Below are positions 18,216 through 27,897 of a stretch of 64,000 nucleotides of DNA, piece by piece. A program made the translations under genes and the position numbers. The notes under the pieces were generated by a model. The model was not told the DNA's origin and made no database searches. It was given only the letters and a program-made list of their open reading frames with translations. The DNA is from Thermodesulfobacteriota bacterium (GTDB lineage Bacteria; Desulfobacterota; Desulfobacteria; Desulfobacterales; SURF-7), in NCBI GenBank assembly GCA_049320885.1, contig JBMORA010000017.1:84376-148375 (forward strand), read 5' to 3'. Each line of letters opens with the position of its first letter. Within the stretch, counting starts at the first letter, position 1.

Positions 18216-19468
18216 AGATCGATCCCGAACTGCCTGGCCACCGCGACCCCCGAGCGGATGCCGTCCTCGTGGAAGCCGTAGCCGAAATAACTGCCGCAGA
18301 AATAGGTGTTCCGCCGGCCGTTCAGACCGGGCAGCTCTGTTTGGGTGGCGTAGGATTCAAAGGTGTATACCGGATGGGTATAGGTCATCTCCCGCACAAT
18401 CCGGGAGGAGGGGATGGCCTGGCGGGGGTTGAGGGTGACGAAATACTGGCGCCGGCAGGTCAGCCGCTGGAGCCGGTTCATATGATAGGTCACGGTGATG
18501 GGTGCGGAATCCGGATCCCCGTCTCCCCGCAGGTAATTCCAGGAGGCCCAGGCCCGTCTCTGGGGCGGCATCAGGGAGTCGTCCGTGTGAAGCAGGGTGT
18601 GATTTCGCGAGTAGCGCCAGGGAGACAGCAGCCGGGTTTCCACAGGATCCGGGTCCGCCAGCATGCCGTAGGCTTCATCCGCGTGGGCGGCGATCACCAC
18701 CCGGTCGAAGGCGGCCTCTTCCCCATCCGTGAATCGGATGATGACGCCGGTCTCATTGCGCTGGATGCGCTTCACGCCCTTGCCGGTGGCGACACGGCCT
18801 TGAAAGGATTGCAGAAACGCCTTGACATAGGCGTGACTGCCGCCCTTGATGAAAAACCAGGGGGGATGGCCGCTGACGGCCAGCAGGCCGTGGTTGTCGT
18901 AGAACCGGGCGAAATTGCGCATGGGGAACCGGAGCATCATGTCGTCCGGAGCGGACCAGATGGCCGCCGCCATGGGGATGACAAAACGGCGGACCACATC
19001 CCGGTCGCAACCCTCCTGTTGCAGGAATTCCCCCAGGGTGACATCGCCGATGGCGCCGGCATGATGGGCCCGGCGTGTGCGGCGGATAAAACGGGTGATG
19101 CCGAAAACGAATTTCCAGTAATCCGGACGCAGCAGATTGAGGCGCTGGGCGAACAGGCTGTTCAGGTCGGTGCTGGCGTAGGCCAGTCCCGATGACGGTG
19201 AATAGTAGCCGAAGGACATATCCGTCTGGCGACACTCCACGTTTAGCTGGGCCAGGAAGCGCAGCAGCAGCGGATATGTTCGCTGGTTCAGGACGATAAA
19301 ACCCGTATCCACCGGAGTGCCCTGGTCGGGTCCATCCGGAATGACCACCGTGTGGGTGTGGCCGCCGACATAGTCGTTTTTTTCAAAAAGGCTGACCTCG
19401 TGTTGTTGTTGCAGCAGGTGGGCGGCCGAGATGCCGGAGATGCCGCTTCCCACGACAGCGATGCGCAT
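18212..19468 (-). CDS. FAD-dependent oxidoreductase, COG2907 type (UfaD-like)
   Basis: IAVVGSGISG, GGHTHT, VDTGFIV.N..TYP, RAWASWNY, YTHP, GYGFHEDG. Confidence 0.9.
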   Translation of the reverse strand: MRIAVVGSGISGISAAHLLQQQHEVSLFEKNDYVGGHTHTVVIPDGPDQGTPVDTGFIVLNQRTYPLLLRFLAQLNVECRQTDMSFGYYSPSSGLAYASTDLNSLFAQRLNLLRPDYWKFVFGITRFIRRTRRAHHAGAIGDVTLGEFLQQEGCDRDVVRRFVIPMAAAIWSAPDDMMLRFPMRNFARFYDNHGLLAVSGHPPWFFIKGGSHAYVKAFLQSFQGRVATGKGVKRIQRNETGVIIRFTDGEEAAFDRVVIAAHADEAYGMLADPDPVETRLLSPWRYSRNHTLLHTDDSLMPPQRRAWASWNYLRGDGDPDSAPITVTYHMNRLQRLTCRRQYFVTLNPRQAIPSSRIVREMTYTHPVYTFESYATQTELPGLNGRRNTYFCGSYFGYGFHEDGIRSGVAVARQFGIDL

Positions 19469-19633
19469 GTTTCAGTCCCTTCATGAGACGATTGGGTTGC
19501 AGAGATCGCCGGTTTGGCGTATGGTATGGGCATTTCATATCCAAAAACCGTCGGCCTGTCAAAACAAACCGGCCCCGGGATGCGAAAAAAAAGGTGCGCG
19601 CAGACTCCTACCCACCGGCGCTGAGGAACCGCC

Positions 19634-20413
19634 ATGACAATTCCGACGATTTTTCTTTCCCATGGTCCGCCGTCCATCCTGTTGAGGGATGATCCGAGCG
19701 TCCGGTTTTGGCGGTCCCTGGGAGCTTCCATGCCGCGTCCCAGGGCGGTTGTCTGTATTTCCGCTCACTGGGAAACGGTCAGGCCGATGCTGACATCCAA
19801 TGCCCGGCCCGGCATCCTTTACGATTTTTCAGGACCGCCTCCGCTGTTTTCGCGGGCGTATCCGGCTACCGGTGATCCGAAATTGGCGGAAAGCATTCGG
19901 GAAGCCCTGGCAGCGGCAGGATTTGATACCGCTCTTGATGCATCACGGGGCTTGGACCACGGTGTCTGGGTGCCCGTTTCCCAGATGTTTCCGCAAGCCG
20001 ATATTCCGGTGATACAACTTGCCTTGCAGACCGAGCTCAGTCCGCGGCATCATTATGCGTTGGGTCGGTCCCTGGGCCCGCTCCGCGACGAAGGGGTTTT
20101 GATTCTGGGCAGCGGCGGCGCTGTCCACAACCTGGACGAGATCCATGCCTTCGCCGTTCACGACACCCCGCCGGATTATGCCCTGGCTTTTGAAGCATGG
20201 CTGGAAACCGCAATCTCGGACGATGACGTCGACGCCCTCCTGGACTACCGGAAACAGGCGCCCTCACCCGACCGCTGTCATCCCTATCCGGCCGAACATT
20301 TGCTGCCGCTGTTTGTCTGTCTGGGGGCTGGAAATCGGTTGGGCCCGGGGCGACGCCTGCACCAGGGTTTCCTGTATGGGGTGCTTTCCATGGCGGCATA
20401 CAGCTGGCCATGA
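19634..20413 (+). CDS. DODA-type (LigB family) extradiol ring-cleavage dioxygenase
   Basis: LSHGPP, ISAHW, RGLDHG.WVP, GSGGAVHNL, HP...EHLLPL. Confidence 0.9.
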   Translation: MTIPTIFLSHGPPSILLRDDPSVRFWRSLGASMPRPRAVVCISAHWETVRPMLTSNARPGILYDFSGPPPLFSRAYPATGDPKLAESIREALAAAGFDTALDASRGLDHGVWVPVSQMFPQADIPVIQLALQTELSPRHHYALGRSLGPLRDEGVLILGSGGAVHNLDEIHAFAVHDTPPDYALAFEAWLETAISDDDVDALLDYRKQAPSPDRCHPYPAEHLLPLFVCLGAGNRLGPGRRLHQGFLYGVLSMAAYSWP

Positions 20414-20482
20414 AGTCCAACGGGGCCTCGATCCTATAAGTTAGTAGTATTTTCCTACCAAAAATACCCTGAAATGCCATTA

Positions 20483-20510
20483 TTGAAAGGGGGCGGATCG
20501 TCCCCATAAT
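20483..20510 (+). promoter_or_regulatory. Possible sigma70 promoter for the SDR/chalcone-isomerase/MFS genes
   Basis: TTGAAA-16 bp-CATAAT about 45 nt upstream of the ATG at 20555. Confidence 0.35.
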
Positions 20511-20554
20511 GATTACAGGATGATTGCCGACGATTCAATGAAAGGAACGGGCCC

Positions 20555-21958
20555 ATGATCACGCTCACCGAACACATCGCCGTCGCCAGACCCCGGGAAG
20601 AGGTCTTCCGTTATGTCAGCGATTTCCGGAGCATCGCCGAATGGGATCCGGGCGTGGTGGCGGCCTGGAAGATCACACCGGGGAAAGTGGGTGTGGGCAC
20701 CGAATATGGTTTAAACCTTCGCTACGGTCTGTTCCCCGTGAGCATGACCTACAAGATCGTGGAATATGAAGTTCCCCGGAAGGTGGTGCTGGAAGGCCGC
20801 GGGGAATCCTTCAGCGCGCGGGACACGATTGTATTTTCCCAGCGGGGTGCCGGAGAAACCGGCATTGATTACAGCGCAACCCTGCGCTTTGGCGGGTTGG
20901 GAGCAAAAATCGCCCCGCTGTTTTCCAGGCTGCTGCAACGCATCGGCAGGAATGCCGTGGCCGGCCTGAAGAACGCTCTGGATCAGTATCCGCCGGCTCC
21001 GGCCATCACCCTCGGGGATGCCTGGTTGGACCGCTCCATCGTGGGTGGCTTGCCCGGTTTCACCCGCTGGGGGTTTCAGCGCAGCCGCAGACACTGGAAG
21101 CCCGTTCCGGCTTCGCTGGCGGGCAAAACCGTGCTGGTGACCGGCGCCACTTCCGGTATCGGTCTGGCTGCCGCCACCGGGCTGGCGGACAGGGGAGCCC
21201 GGGTGCTGCTGGTGGCCCGCCGGGCGGAAAAAGCCGCGGCCGCCGCTGATCAGATCATGGGATTGACCGGAAACGACAACCTGGAAATCTATCCGGCCGA
21301 CATGGCCGTTCCGGGACAGGTAAGGGCCCTGGCGGCAGCCGTGCGGCGCCGGGAGCACCGCCTGGATGTGTTGGTGAACAACGCCGGCGCGCTGTTCCAC
21401 AAGCGGGAAAACACCGCGGACGGGTTGGAAAAAACACTGGCCACCGATCTGTTGGGACCGTTCATCCTGACCGAGGAACTCGCCCCCCTGCTGGCGGAAA
21501 GCGCCCCGGCGCGGGTGATCAATGTGTCCTCGGGCGGCATGTACACCCAGAAAATCCGGGTGGATGATCTGGCGTTTCGCCGGGAGCCCTATGACGGCGC
21601 CAAGGCTTATGCCCGGGCCAAGCGGGGCCTGGTGATCTTGTCGGAAATCTGGGCCGGCAGCTATGCCGATCAGGGGATTGTGGTTCACGCCATGCATCCC
21701 GGATGGGTGAAAACTCCCGGGATCAAACGGGCCCTGCCGGAATTTTACCGGATCATGGACCGCCTGCTGCGCACCCCGGAACAGGGTGCCGACACCATCA
21801 TTTGGTTGGCGGTTGCTCCGGAGGCCGCAAAAACCACGGGACGGTTCTGGCTGGATCGCCGGCCGCATTTGACCCATGTCTTCCCGCATACCCGGGAAAC
21901 GGAAAGTGAGCGCCAGTTCCTGTACCGGGAGCTGGCAAGGCTCGCCAGGGAGGTGTAA
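20555..21958 (+). CDS. SRPBCC (START-like) domain fused to a short-chain dehydrogenase/reductase (DHRS12-like)
   Basis: N-terminal EVFRYVSDF...EWDPG; SDR motifs TGATSGIG, NNAG, VSSGG, YARAK, HPGWV.TPG. Confidence 0.88.
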   Translation: MITLTEHIAVARPREEVFRYVSDFRSIAEWDPGVVAAWKITPGKVGVGTEYGLNLRYGLFPVSMTYKIVEYEVPRKVVLEGRGESFSARDTIVFSQRGAGETGIDYSATLRFGGLGAKIAPLFSRLLQRIGRNAVAGLKNALDQYPPAPAITLGDAWLDRSIVGGLPGFTRWGFQRSRRHWKPVPASLAGKTVLVTGATSGIGLAAATGLADRGARVLLVARRAEKAAAAADQIMGLTGNDNLEIYPADMAVPGQVRALAAAVRRREHRLDVLVNNAGALFHKRENTADGLEKTLATDLLGPFILTEELAPLLAESAPARVINVSSGGMYTQKIRVDDLAFRREPYDGAKAYARAKRGLVILSEIWAGSYADQGIVVHAMHPGWVKTPGIKRALPEFYRIMDRLLRTPEQGADTIIWLAVAPEAAKTTGRFWLDRRPHLTHVFPHTRETESERQFLYRELARLAREV

Positions 21959-21959
21959 C

Positions 21960-22541
21960 ATGAAGAACTGGAAACCGCTGTTGTTGATCGCCGGGGTGCT
22001 GATGATGGGCCTATGCACACCGCACCCTTCGGCCGCGCGGGAGCCGGAAGTGGCCGGAACCCGTTTTCAGGCGATCTATGAACACAAGGATGCGCGTCTG
22101 GAACTGAAAGGTGCTTCCCTGCTGCGTTATCTGACCTTTATCAAGGCCTATACCGGAGCGTTTTACCTGCCGCCGACCACGGATGGCGTAAGGGCCCTGG
22201 AAGACGTACCCAAACGCCTGGAGCTGGAATATCGCCTGGCCATAGCGGCCGAGGATTTTGCCCGGGCCACCACGGTCAGCATCCGCAAAAACGTTGACGC
22301 GCAACGCTTTCGGCAGCTTGATCCGAGAATTCGGCAGTTGAACGCCATGTACCGGAGTGTCGTGGCCGGCGACCGCTATGCCCTGACCTATGTTCCCGGA
22401 CACGGGACCGAGCTTTCCCTCAACGGCGTTCCCCTGGGGGTTGTCCCCGGCGCGGATTTCGCGGCGGCGGTGTTCTCGATATGGATCGGCCCGGAGCCCA
22501 TCGACACGGTCTTCCGGAATGAACTCCTGGGGCTGAAATGA
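21960..22541 (+). CDS. Secreted chalcone-isomerase-fold protein
   Basis: SD ggagg and ATG at 21960; signal peptide; L.LKG...RY..FIKAY, GDRY.L.Y.PG.GT, FAAAVFSIWIG..P. Confidence 0.85.
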   Translation: MKNWKPLLLIAGVLMMGLCTPHPSAAREPEVAGTRFQAIYEHKDARLELKGASLLRYLTFIKAYTGAFYLPPTTDGVRALEDVPKRLELEYRLAIAAEDFARATTVSIRKNVDAQRFRQLDPRIRQLNAMYRSVVAGDRYALTYVPGHGTELSLNGVPLGVVPGADFAAAVFSIWIGPEPIDTVFRNELLGLK

Positions 22542-23923
22542 AAACCGGGGGCAACACGCAGAGTGGATCCTCCAGGCTCGGCTTTTCCATAAAACTGGCC
22601 TACGCCCTGCCGGCCCTGGCCCTGGCCGTGGTGGGGATACCGGTGTATGTCTATATCCCCAAGTTCTATACGGACACCGTGGGAGTGGACATGGCCCTGA
22701 CCGGGCTGCTGCTGATGGCTGTCCGCATTTTCGACGCCGTCACCGATCCCCTGATCGGTCATGTCTCCGACAGGACCAGCAGCCGTTTCGGCCGCCGGCG
22801 GCCCTATATGATACTGGGGGCCCTCGGACTCACCCTGGCCATGTTGTTTCTGTTCAATCCGCCTCTTTCCTTGCCGGTTCCCCCTGCGATCTGGTTCGGT
22901 TTCTGGATGTTCGCCCTGTTTTTGTTCTGGACGCTTGCAACGGTGCCCTATGAAGCACTGGGGCCCGAGATCACCTTTGATTATCATGAGCGCACGGAAT
23001 TGTTCAGCTGGCGGGACGGTTTTCTCATCGCCGGTACCCTTTTGGCCGCTGCCTCACCGGCCCTGGCCGCCTGGATGATGGGCGCCGCGGGTCAGGCGGT
23101 GACCGAGCGCGGCAAGTTTTTCGCCATTTCCATTGTGTATGTCCCGTTGATCCTGGCCGCCGTCTGGATCTGCATCCACCTCATCCGGGAACGGCCGAAT
23201 GCCTCCGGAATTCAAACCCCCTTTTTGGAGGGGCTGGGCGCCGTGACGCGCAACCGCCCGTTCATGATCCTGCTTGGGGCCTACACCATCAGCTCTTTGG
23301 GCAGCAACCTGCCGGCGACCCTGATTCTGTATTATGTGCAATACGTTCTCCAGGCCGACAATGCCGAGGCCTTTCTGATGCTCTATTTCGTTACCGGTAT
23401 CTTTTTTCTGCCCTTCTGGATCGGGTTGTCCAGACACCTGGGCAAGAAGAACGCCTGGCTGCTGTCCATGGCCGTCAACACCGGCGCCTTTACCGGTGTC
23501 TTTTTCCTGGGGCCGGGAGATGCCTGGCTATACGGCATTCTGGTCTTTGTTTCCGGCATCGGTTTCGGCGCCAGCCTGGCCCTGCCGTCCGCCATCCAGG
23601 CCGATGTCATCGACTACGATGAAATGCTCAGCGGTGAAAGGCGCGAAGGACGTTATATCGGCTTGTGGTCCATTGCCAAGAAACTGGCCGCCGCCATGGG
23701 GGTGGGCCTGGGATTGTCCCTGCTGGGGTATGCCGGGTATGTGCCCAATGCGGACCAGGGGCCGGAAGTGATCGCCATGCTGCGGCTGCTGTATGCCCTG
23801 GTGCCTTGCATATGCAATCTGTTGGCCATGGCGGTTGTCTGGTACTACCCCATCACCGAAGCACGGCACCGGGAGATTATGCGGTCCATTCTGCTGAATC
23901 GGGAATTGAAAAGTCATTCGTGA
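22538..23923 (+). CDS. MFS transporter, GPH/MelB-like
   Basis: About 12 TMs; RIFDAVTDPLIG..SDRT.SRFGRRRP; ADVIDYDE...GERREG. Confidence 0.92.
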   Translation: MKTGGNTQSGSSRLGFSIKLAYALPALALAVVGIPVYVYIPKFYTDTVGVDMALTGLLLMAVRIFDAVTDPLIGHVSDRTSSRFGRRRPYMILGALGLTLAMLFLFNPPLSLPVPPAIWFGFWMFALFLFWTLATVPYEALGPEITFDYHERTELFSWRDGFLIAGTLLAAASPALAAWMMGAAGQAVTERGKFFAISIVYVPLILAAVWICIHLIRERPNASGIQTPFLEGLGAVTRNRPFMILLGAYTISSLGSNLPATLILYYVQYVLQADNAEAFLMLYFVTGIFFLPFWIGLSRHLGKKNAWLLSMAVNTGAFTGVFFLGPGDAWLYGILVFVSGIGFGASLALPSAIQADVIDYDEMLSGERREGRYIGLWSIAKKLAAAMGVGLGLSLLGYAGYVPNADQGPEVIAMLRLLYALVPCICNLLAMAVVWYYPITEARHREIMRSILLNRELKSHS

Positions 23924-24042
23924 ATAGTTGATGGTTGGCGGTGTGTCCGTAAGGCCGATATTCCGGTCATCATGAAGGACGAAATCCAGTACTTCAAGGA
24001 AATATACATGGATGCGGAGATCCGGGTGAACCGCTGCCTTAT

Positions 24043-26214
24043 TCACGATTCCTCCCCGCCTTCATCCCTGGCGATCCGCGTCAACCCCTCCTCACCGACG
24101 ATCAAGGCGGTGCGGCCGTCACCCATCATGGCGGCCCCCTCGAAAATCTGCTGGACCCGGAGGCCCTCGATGGGTTTGACGACGATTTTCTGGACACCGA
24201 TGACTTCTGTTACGGCAAAGGCGTATTTTTTTTTCATGATGGACAGCAGCACCAGCAGCGGCTCTGATTCGGAAGGTGTCCGGTCCGGCTCGTGGCAGGC
24301 GCCCGGCGACAACGTCCGGCCCAGGTCGATGACGGGAAACAGCATCCCCCTCCGGTTGACGACGCGGCGCTTACCGGCCAGCGTCGTCAGATCGGAAGGT
24401 TTGGCGGCGAAGACTTCCACCACGAGACGGAGGGGCAGTACAAAGATGTCGCCGGAGGTGGTCCGGACCAGATAGCCGTCCATGATTTTCGTGCTGACGC
24501 TCTTGGGCAGGGTGATGATGAATTCGCAGCCGGAAGCGGATGAGTTGTGAACGTCGATCCGGCCCCCGGCCTGTTCGATGGCTTGTTTCACTACGTCCAG
24601 CCCCACGCCGCGTCCGGATACATCCGTGACGGCCGCCGCCGTGGAAACACCGCTTTTGAAGATCAGGGAGATGATATCGTCGGTGGAGAGTGAATCGCCG
24701 CCAAACCCAATGGCGGCGGCCTTGCGGGAAAGCGCTTCCATATCGAGGCCGCGGCCGTCGTCCGCGACCGAGAATACGATGTGGCTGCCTTCTTCCCGCA
24801 GTTCGATGTGGATGGTTCCATCCGCGGGCTTGCCCTGGCGAAGGCGTTCCGCGGGAGGTTCGATCCCGTGGTCGGCGGCGTTGCGGACCATGTGCACCAG
24901 CGGCGCGTCCAGGAGTTCGATGTAGCTTTTATCGATGCGCAGTTTTTCACCGGTGCAGCGCACGGCGATGCGCTTGCCGACGGCGGTGGCGATATCGCGG
25001 ACGATGCGGGGCGCTTTGCCTAGCAAAGCCTGGGCTTCGACCTTGCGGACATCCATGATTCCGCTGCGCAGTTTCGTGGAAAACTGGCCGAACTGGTCGA
25101 TGACCTGCTTCAGATCCGAGGAAAACCGATTGGTATAGCCGTTGCGCGCCAACTGCTGGTAAAGATGGCGGAACATCTCCTCGACACCCATCAGTTCACC
25201 CACGTTTTCCAGGAAGGCGTCCAGGCTGTCTTCCGGTATGCGCATGGATTTGGCCACACCGGCCGTCGGTTTTTTCGGACCCGCGGCCGCGGCTATTCCG
25301 GTTGACTGTTGTTTCGCGGCCGTTTGGGCGCCTCCGGCCCCCGGAACAGTCCCGGCTTCCGCTGCGACCGGCTGGTCTTTCAAGGTCCTGGCCATTTCCA
25401 GCAGGGACTCCCGGGCCAGGTTGTCCAGTCCGACGGGAGAATGGGCGAAAGTCTCGAAGATGTCCAGCATTTCTTCCCGGATTTTTCGTTGGTCCGGCTG
25501 GCTTCCGGAATCGATTGCGGACAGCAGGCCGCCGATGGTTTCGATGGTTTCCGTGGAGGCCTCCCCGTCGAAAGGCTGCTCCAGCAGGCGGATGAGGGAT
25601 TGAAGCGGGGTCGCGGCCTCTTTGCTGGCGATGCTTGTGACCGGTTGCTCGCTTTTCCCGGGCAGGATGGAACGGAGCAGCTCCAGCGGTTCATCGAACA
25701 GGGCGCGGCTGTCTTCCGGAAGCTGATGCCGCAATTCGGATAATCTGCCGGCGATGGTTTGCAGCATGCCGCGCATATGCTCCAGCGGATCGCGACCGGT
25801 ATCCAGCAGGCGGACGACCGCCTCGCAGACCCGGTTCACTTCCGCCGGATCATCGCATTCCGGACCGCCTTCCCGGACGCTGGTCAGCATGCGGCGCAAC
25901 AAATCCACGCCGGGCAGCAGCACATCGATCACCATGGTGGTAACCGGCATCTGTTTCCGACGGACGGCGTCCAGCAGGTCTTCCAGTTTATGGGCCAGGG
26001 TCTTGACTTGCATCAGACCGAAAAAGGCCGCGCTGCCCTTGAGGGAATGCACCGGCCGGAAGACGCCGTCCACCGTTTCCAGGTCGTCCGGCTCCTTTTC
26101 CAGGCGGATCATCAGGTTTTCTGCCATTCCCAGGCCTTCCAGGGATTCCTCCAGAAAACCCGCCAGTATTTCCTTGTCCATATCCGTCATGTCAGTCGTT
26201 CCCATTGCCGGCAT
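24043..26214 (-). CDS. cheA: Chemotaxis-type histidine kinase CheA (Hpt, dimerisation, HATPase, CheW-like domains)
   Basis: FRPVHSLKG (P1); HMVRNAADHGIE; DDGRG; VTDVSGRGVGLDVV; QKIVVKP...GAAMMGDG. Start may be 26205 or 26190. Confidence 0.93.
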   Translation of the reverse strand: MPAMGTTDMTDMDKEILAGFLEESLEGLGMAENLMIRLEKEPDDLETVDGVFRPVHSLKGSAAFFGLMQVKTLAHKLEDLLDAVRRKQMPVTTMVIDVLLPGVDLLRRMLTSVREGGPECDDPAEVNRVCEAVVRLLDTGRDPLEHMRGMLQTIAGRLSELRHQLPEDSRALFDEPLELLRSILPGKSEQPVTSIASKEAATPLQSLIRLLEQPFDGEASTETIETIGGLLSAIDSGSQPDQRKIREEMLDIFETFAHSPVGLDNLARESLLEMARTLKDQPVAAEAGTVPGAGGAQTAAKQQSTGIAAAAGPKKPTAGVAKSMRIPEDSLDAFLENVGELMGVEEMFRHLYQQLARNGYTNRFSSDLKQVIDQFGQFSTKLRSGIMDVRKVEAQALLGKAPRIVRDIATAVGKRIAVRCTGEKLRIDKSYIELLDAPLVHMVRNAADHGIEPPAERLRQGKPADGTIHIELREEGSHIVFSVADDGRGLDMEALSRKAAAIGFGGDSLSTDDIISLIFKSGVSTAAAVTDVSGRGVGLDVVKQAIEQAGGRIDVHNSSASGCEFIITLPKSVSTKIMDGYLVRTTSGDIFVLPLRLVVEVFAAKPSDLTTLAGKRRVVNRRGMLFPVIDLGRTLSPGACHEPDRTPSESEPLLVLLSIMKKKYAFAVTEVIGVQKIVVKPIEGLRVQQIFEGAAMMGDGRTALIVGEEGLTRIARDEGGEES

Positions 26215-26638
26215 CCCCTTCCGCAGACGGCTTCATGCCTTTCAAGACCATCAGTTTTTTCTTCCAATGTTCCAGATACGCCACGGCCTTCTCGACGGCC
26301 CTGTCCAACTCCCCCAAATCCTCCAGCGGTTTGAAAACGCAGGTGTCGGCATTGTTCCGCAGGCAGGCCAGGGCGTTTTCCAGGGTGACATACCCGGTGA
26401 TCATGACCACCCGGGTCATGGGATACTCCAAACGGATCCGTCGCAGCAGTTCGATCCCGTCCATCACCGGCATGATGATATCGGAGATCACCACCTGGAA
26501 GGGCTTTTCCGCCAGTTTGGCCAGGGCGGAGATGCCGTTGTCGGCGGTCTCGGCCTCATAGCCTTTCAGGCGGTAATGCCGCGCCAGGGAATTGCGGATT
26601 GCCGTCTCATCGTCCACGATCAGAATGCGTGCTTTCAT
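26192..26638 (-). CDS. Single-domain response regulator (REC) with a short C-terminal tail
   Basis: ILIVDDE, ISDIIMPVMDG, ITG, FKP. Confidence 0.9.
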   Translation of the reverse strand: MKARILIVDDETAIRNSLARHYRLKGYEAETADNGISALAKLAEKPFQVVISDIIMPVMDGIELLRRIRLEYPMTRVVMITGYVTLENALACLRNNADTCVFKPLEDLGELDRAVEKAVAYLEHWKKKLMVLKGMKPSAEGDAGNGND

Positions 26639-27879
26639 GGCATGTCCTTTTGGGGATATGGTTGGTGTCGTTCCCGAATTGCCGCCGCCCGGTCCCCGGA
26701 GGGAGCTTGTGGCAGTTCGATCCGGAATTCGAGTCCGCCGTCCGGATGGTTGCGGACGGTGATGGTGCCGCCGTGTTCTTCAATGATATTCCGGGAGATG
26801 GAGAGGCCTAGCCCCGTACCTTTGCCCACCGCCTTGGTGGTGAAAAACGGCTTGAACAGTTTTTCAAAATCTCCGTTCCGGACTCCCGGGCCGTTGTCGC
26901 GGACCAGGGCCAAGATTCGCCCCTGGTCGAGAGCGGTGCCGATATGAAGCTCGCCTGCCCCTGCGGCTGACGACTCCATGGCATCCGCGGCGTTGATGAA
27001 GAGATTGACGAACACTTGTTCGATGCGGTTTTCATCACCCGAAAACGGCGGCAGGTCCTCCGCCAGCCGTGTTTCGACGCGCACCCGGTTTTTCAAACGG
27101 TTGGTGCACAGTTTAAGGGCCTGGATAATGCAGGTATTGATCAAAACGGCCTGACTTTTCCGGTTTTCCACCCGGGCATAAGTCTTCAGGCCGTCCACGA
27201 TATCCCGGATCCGGGCCACGCCGTTTTTCATGTCCTGAAGCATTTCAGGCATCTCCCGGCCTATGAGCCGGGCCTGTTCCATGGCTTTTCCGGACGGCTC
27301 TCTCTGGAGGCAGGCGGCGATGCTCGGCCAGTTTTCCTCGATGGTCTGGATGTTGACGGCGATGAACGCCAGGGGATTGTTGATTTCATGGGCGATGCCG
27401 GCGCTTAGAATTCCGATGGTGGTCAGGCGGTCGGCGTGCATGAGCTGCCTGGCCCGCTCCTCGGCGAGCCGTTCCATATTGGCCGCATAGTCCCGGATCT
27501 TTTCTTCCGAACGGATATAGCGGGCGCCGATTTCGATCCGCACCCGGAGTTCGTCATGGTTATATGGCTTGGTGATGTAGTCGTCGGCTCCCGATTCCAG
27601 TCCCTTGATGATGTCCTGGTTATCTCCCTTGCTGGTCAGCAGAATGATATAAAGCGGCTCGTCTATCCGATGGCGTCTTAGCTTTCGGCAGAGTTCCGGC
27701 CCGCTTACACCTGGCATGACCCAGTCCAGTATCATCAGCCGGGGGGAGTCCGGCTCCTGGGAGACACTCCAGGCCTCGTCGCCGTCCGCGGCGCTGACCA
27801 CCGTGTAGCCCCATTTGCCCAAAACGGCCGCAACCATGACCCGCGAGGTGACATCGTCTTCCGCGACCAAAACCTTCAT
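26635..27879 (-). CDS. REC-HisKA-HATPase hybrid histidine kinase
   Basis: VLVAEDD, LDWVMP, GADDYITKP; GIAHEINNP; FFTTK...GTGLGL. Confidence 0.92.
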   Translation of the reverse strand: MKVLVAEDDVTSRVMVAAVLGKWGYTVVSAADGDEAWSVSQEPDSPRLMILDWVMPGVSGPELCRKLRRHRIDEPLYIILLTSKGDNQDIIKGLESGADDYITKPYNHDELRVRIEIGARYIRSEEKIRDYAANMERLAEERARQLMHADRLTTIGILSAGIAHEINNPLAFIAVNIQTIEENWPSIAACLQREPSGKAMEQARLIGREMPEMLQDMKNGVARIRDIVDGLKTYARVENRKSQAVLINTCIIQALKLCTNRLKNRVRVETRLAEDLPPFSGDENRIEQVFVNLFINAADAMESSAAGAGELHIGTALDQGRILALVRDNGPGVRNGDFEKLFKPFFTTKAVGKGTGLGLSISRNIIEEHGGTITVRNHPDGGLEFRIELPQAPSGDRAAAIRERHQPYPQKDMP

Positions 27880-27897
27880 GCGAATCTCCAGATTCCG

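Noticed and set aside
19469..19633. Search for a sigmaE/ChrR-type (TGATCC...CGTA) promoter upstream of the Ufa-like operon
   Set aside because: No match with acceptable spacing on either strand.
23924..24042. Coding-like stretch (KADIPVIMKDEIQYFKEIYMDAE) between the MFS gene and cheA
   Set aside because: May be a gene remnant, but the ORF continues antisense into cheA and I cannot assign a family.
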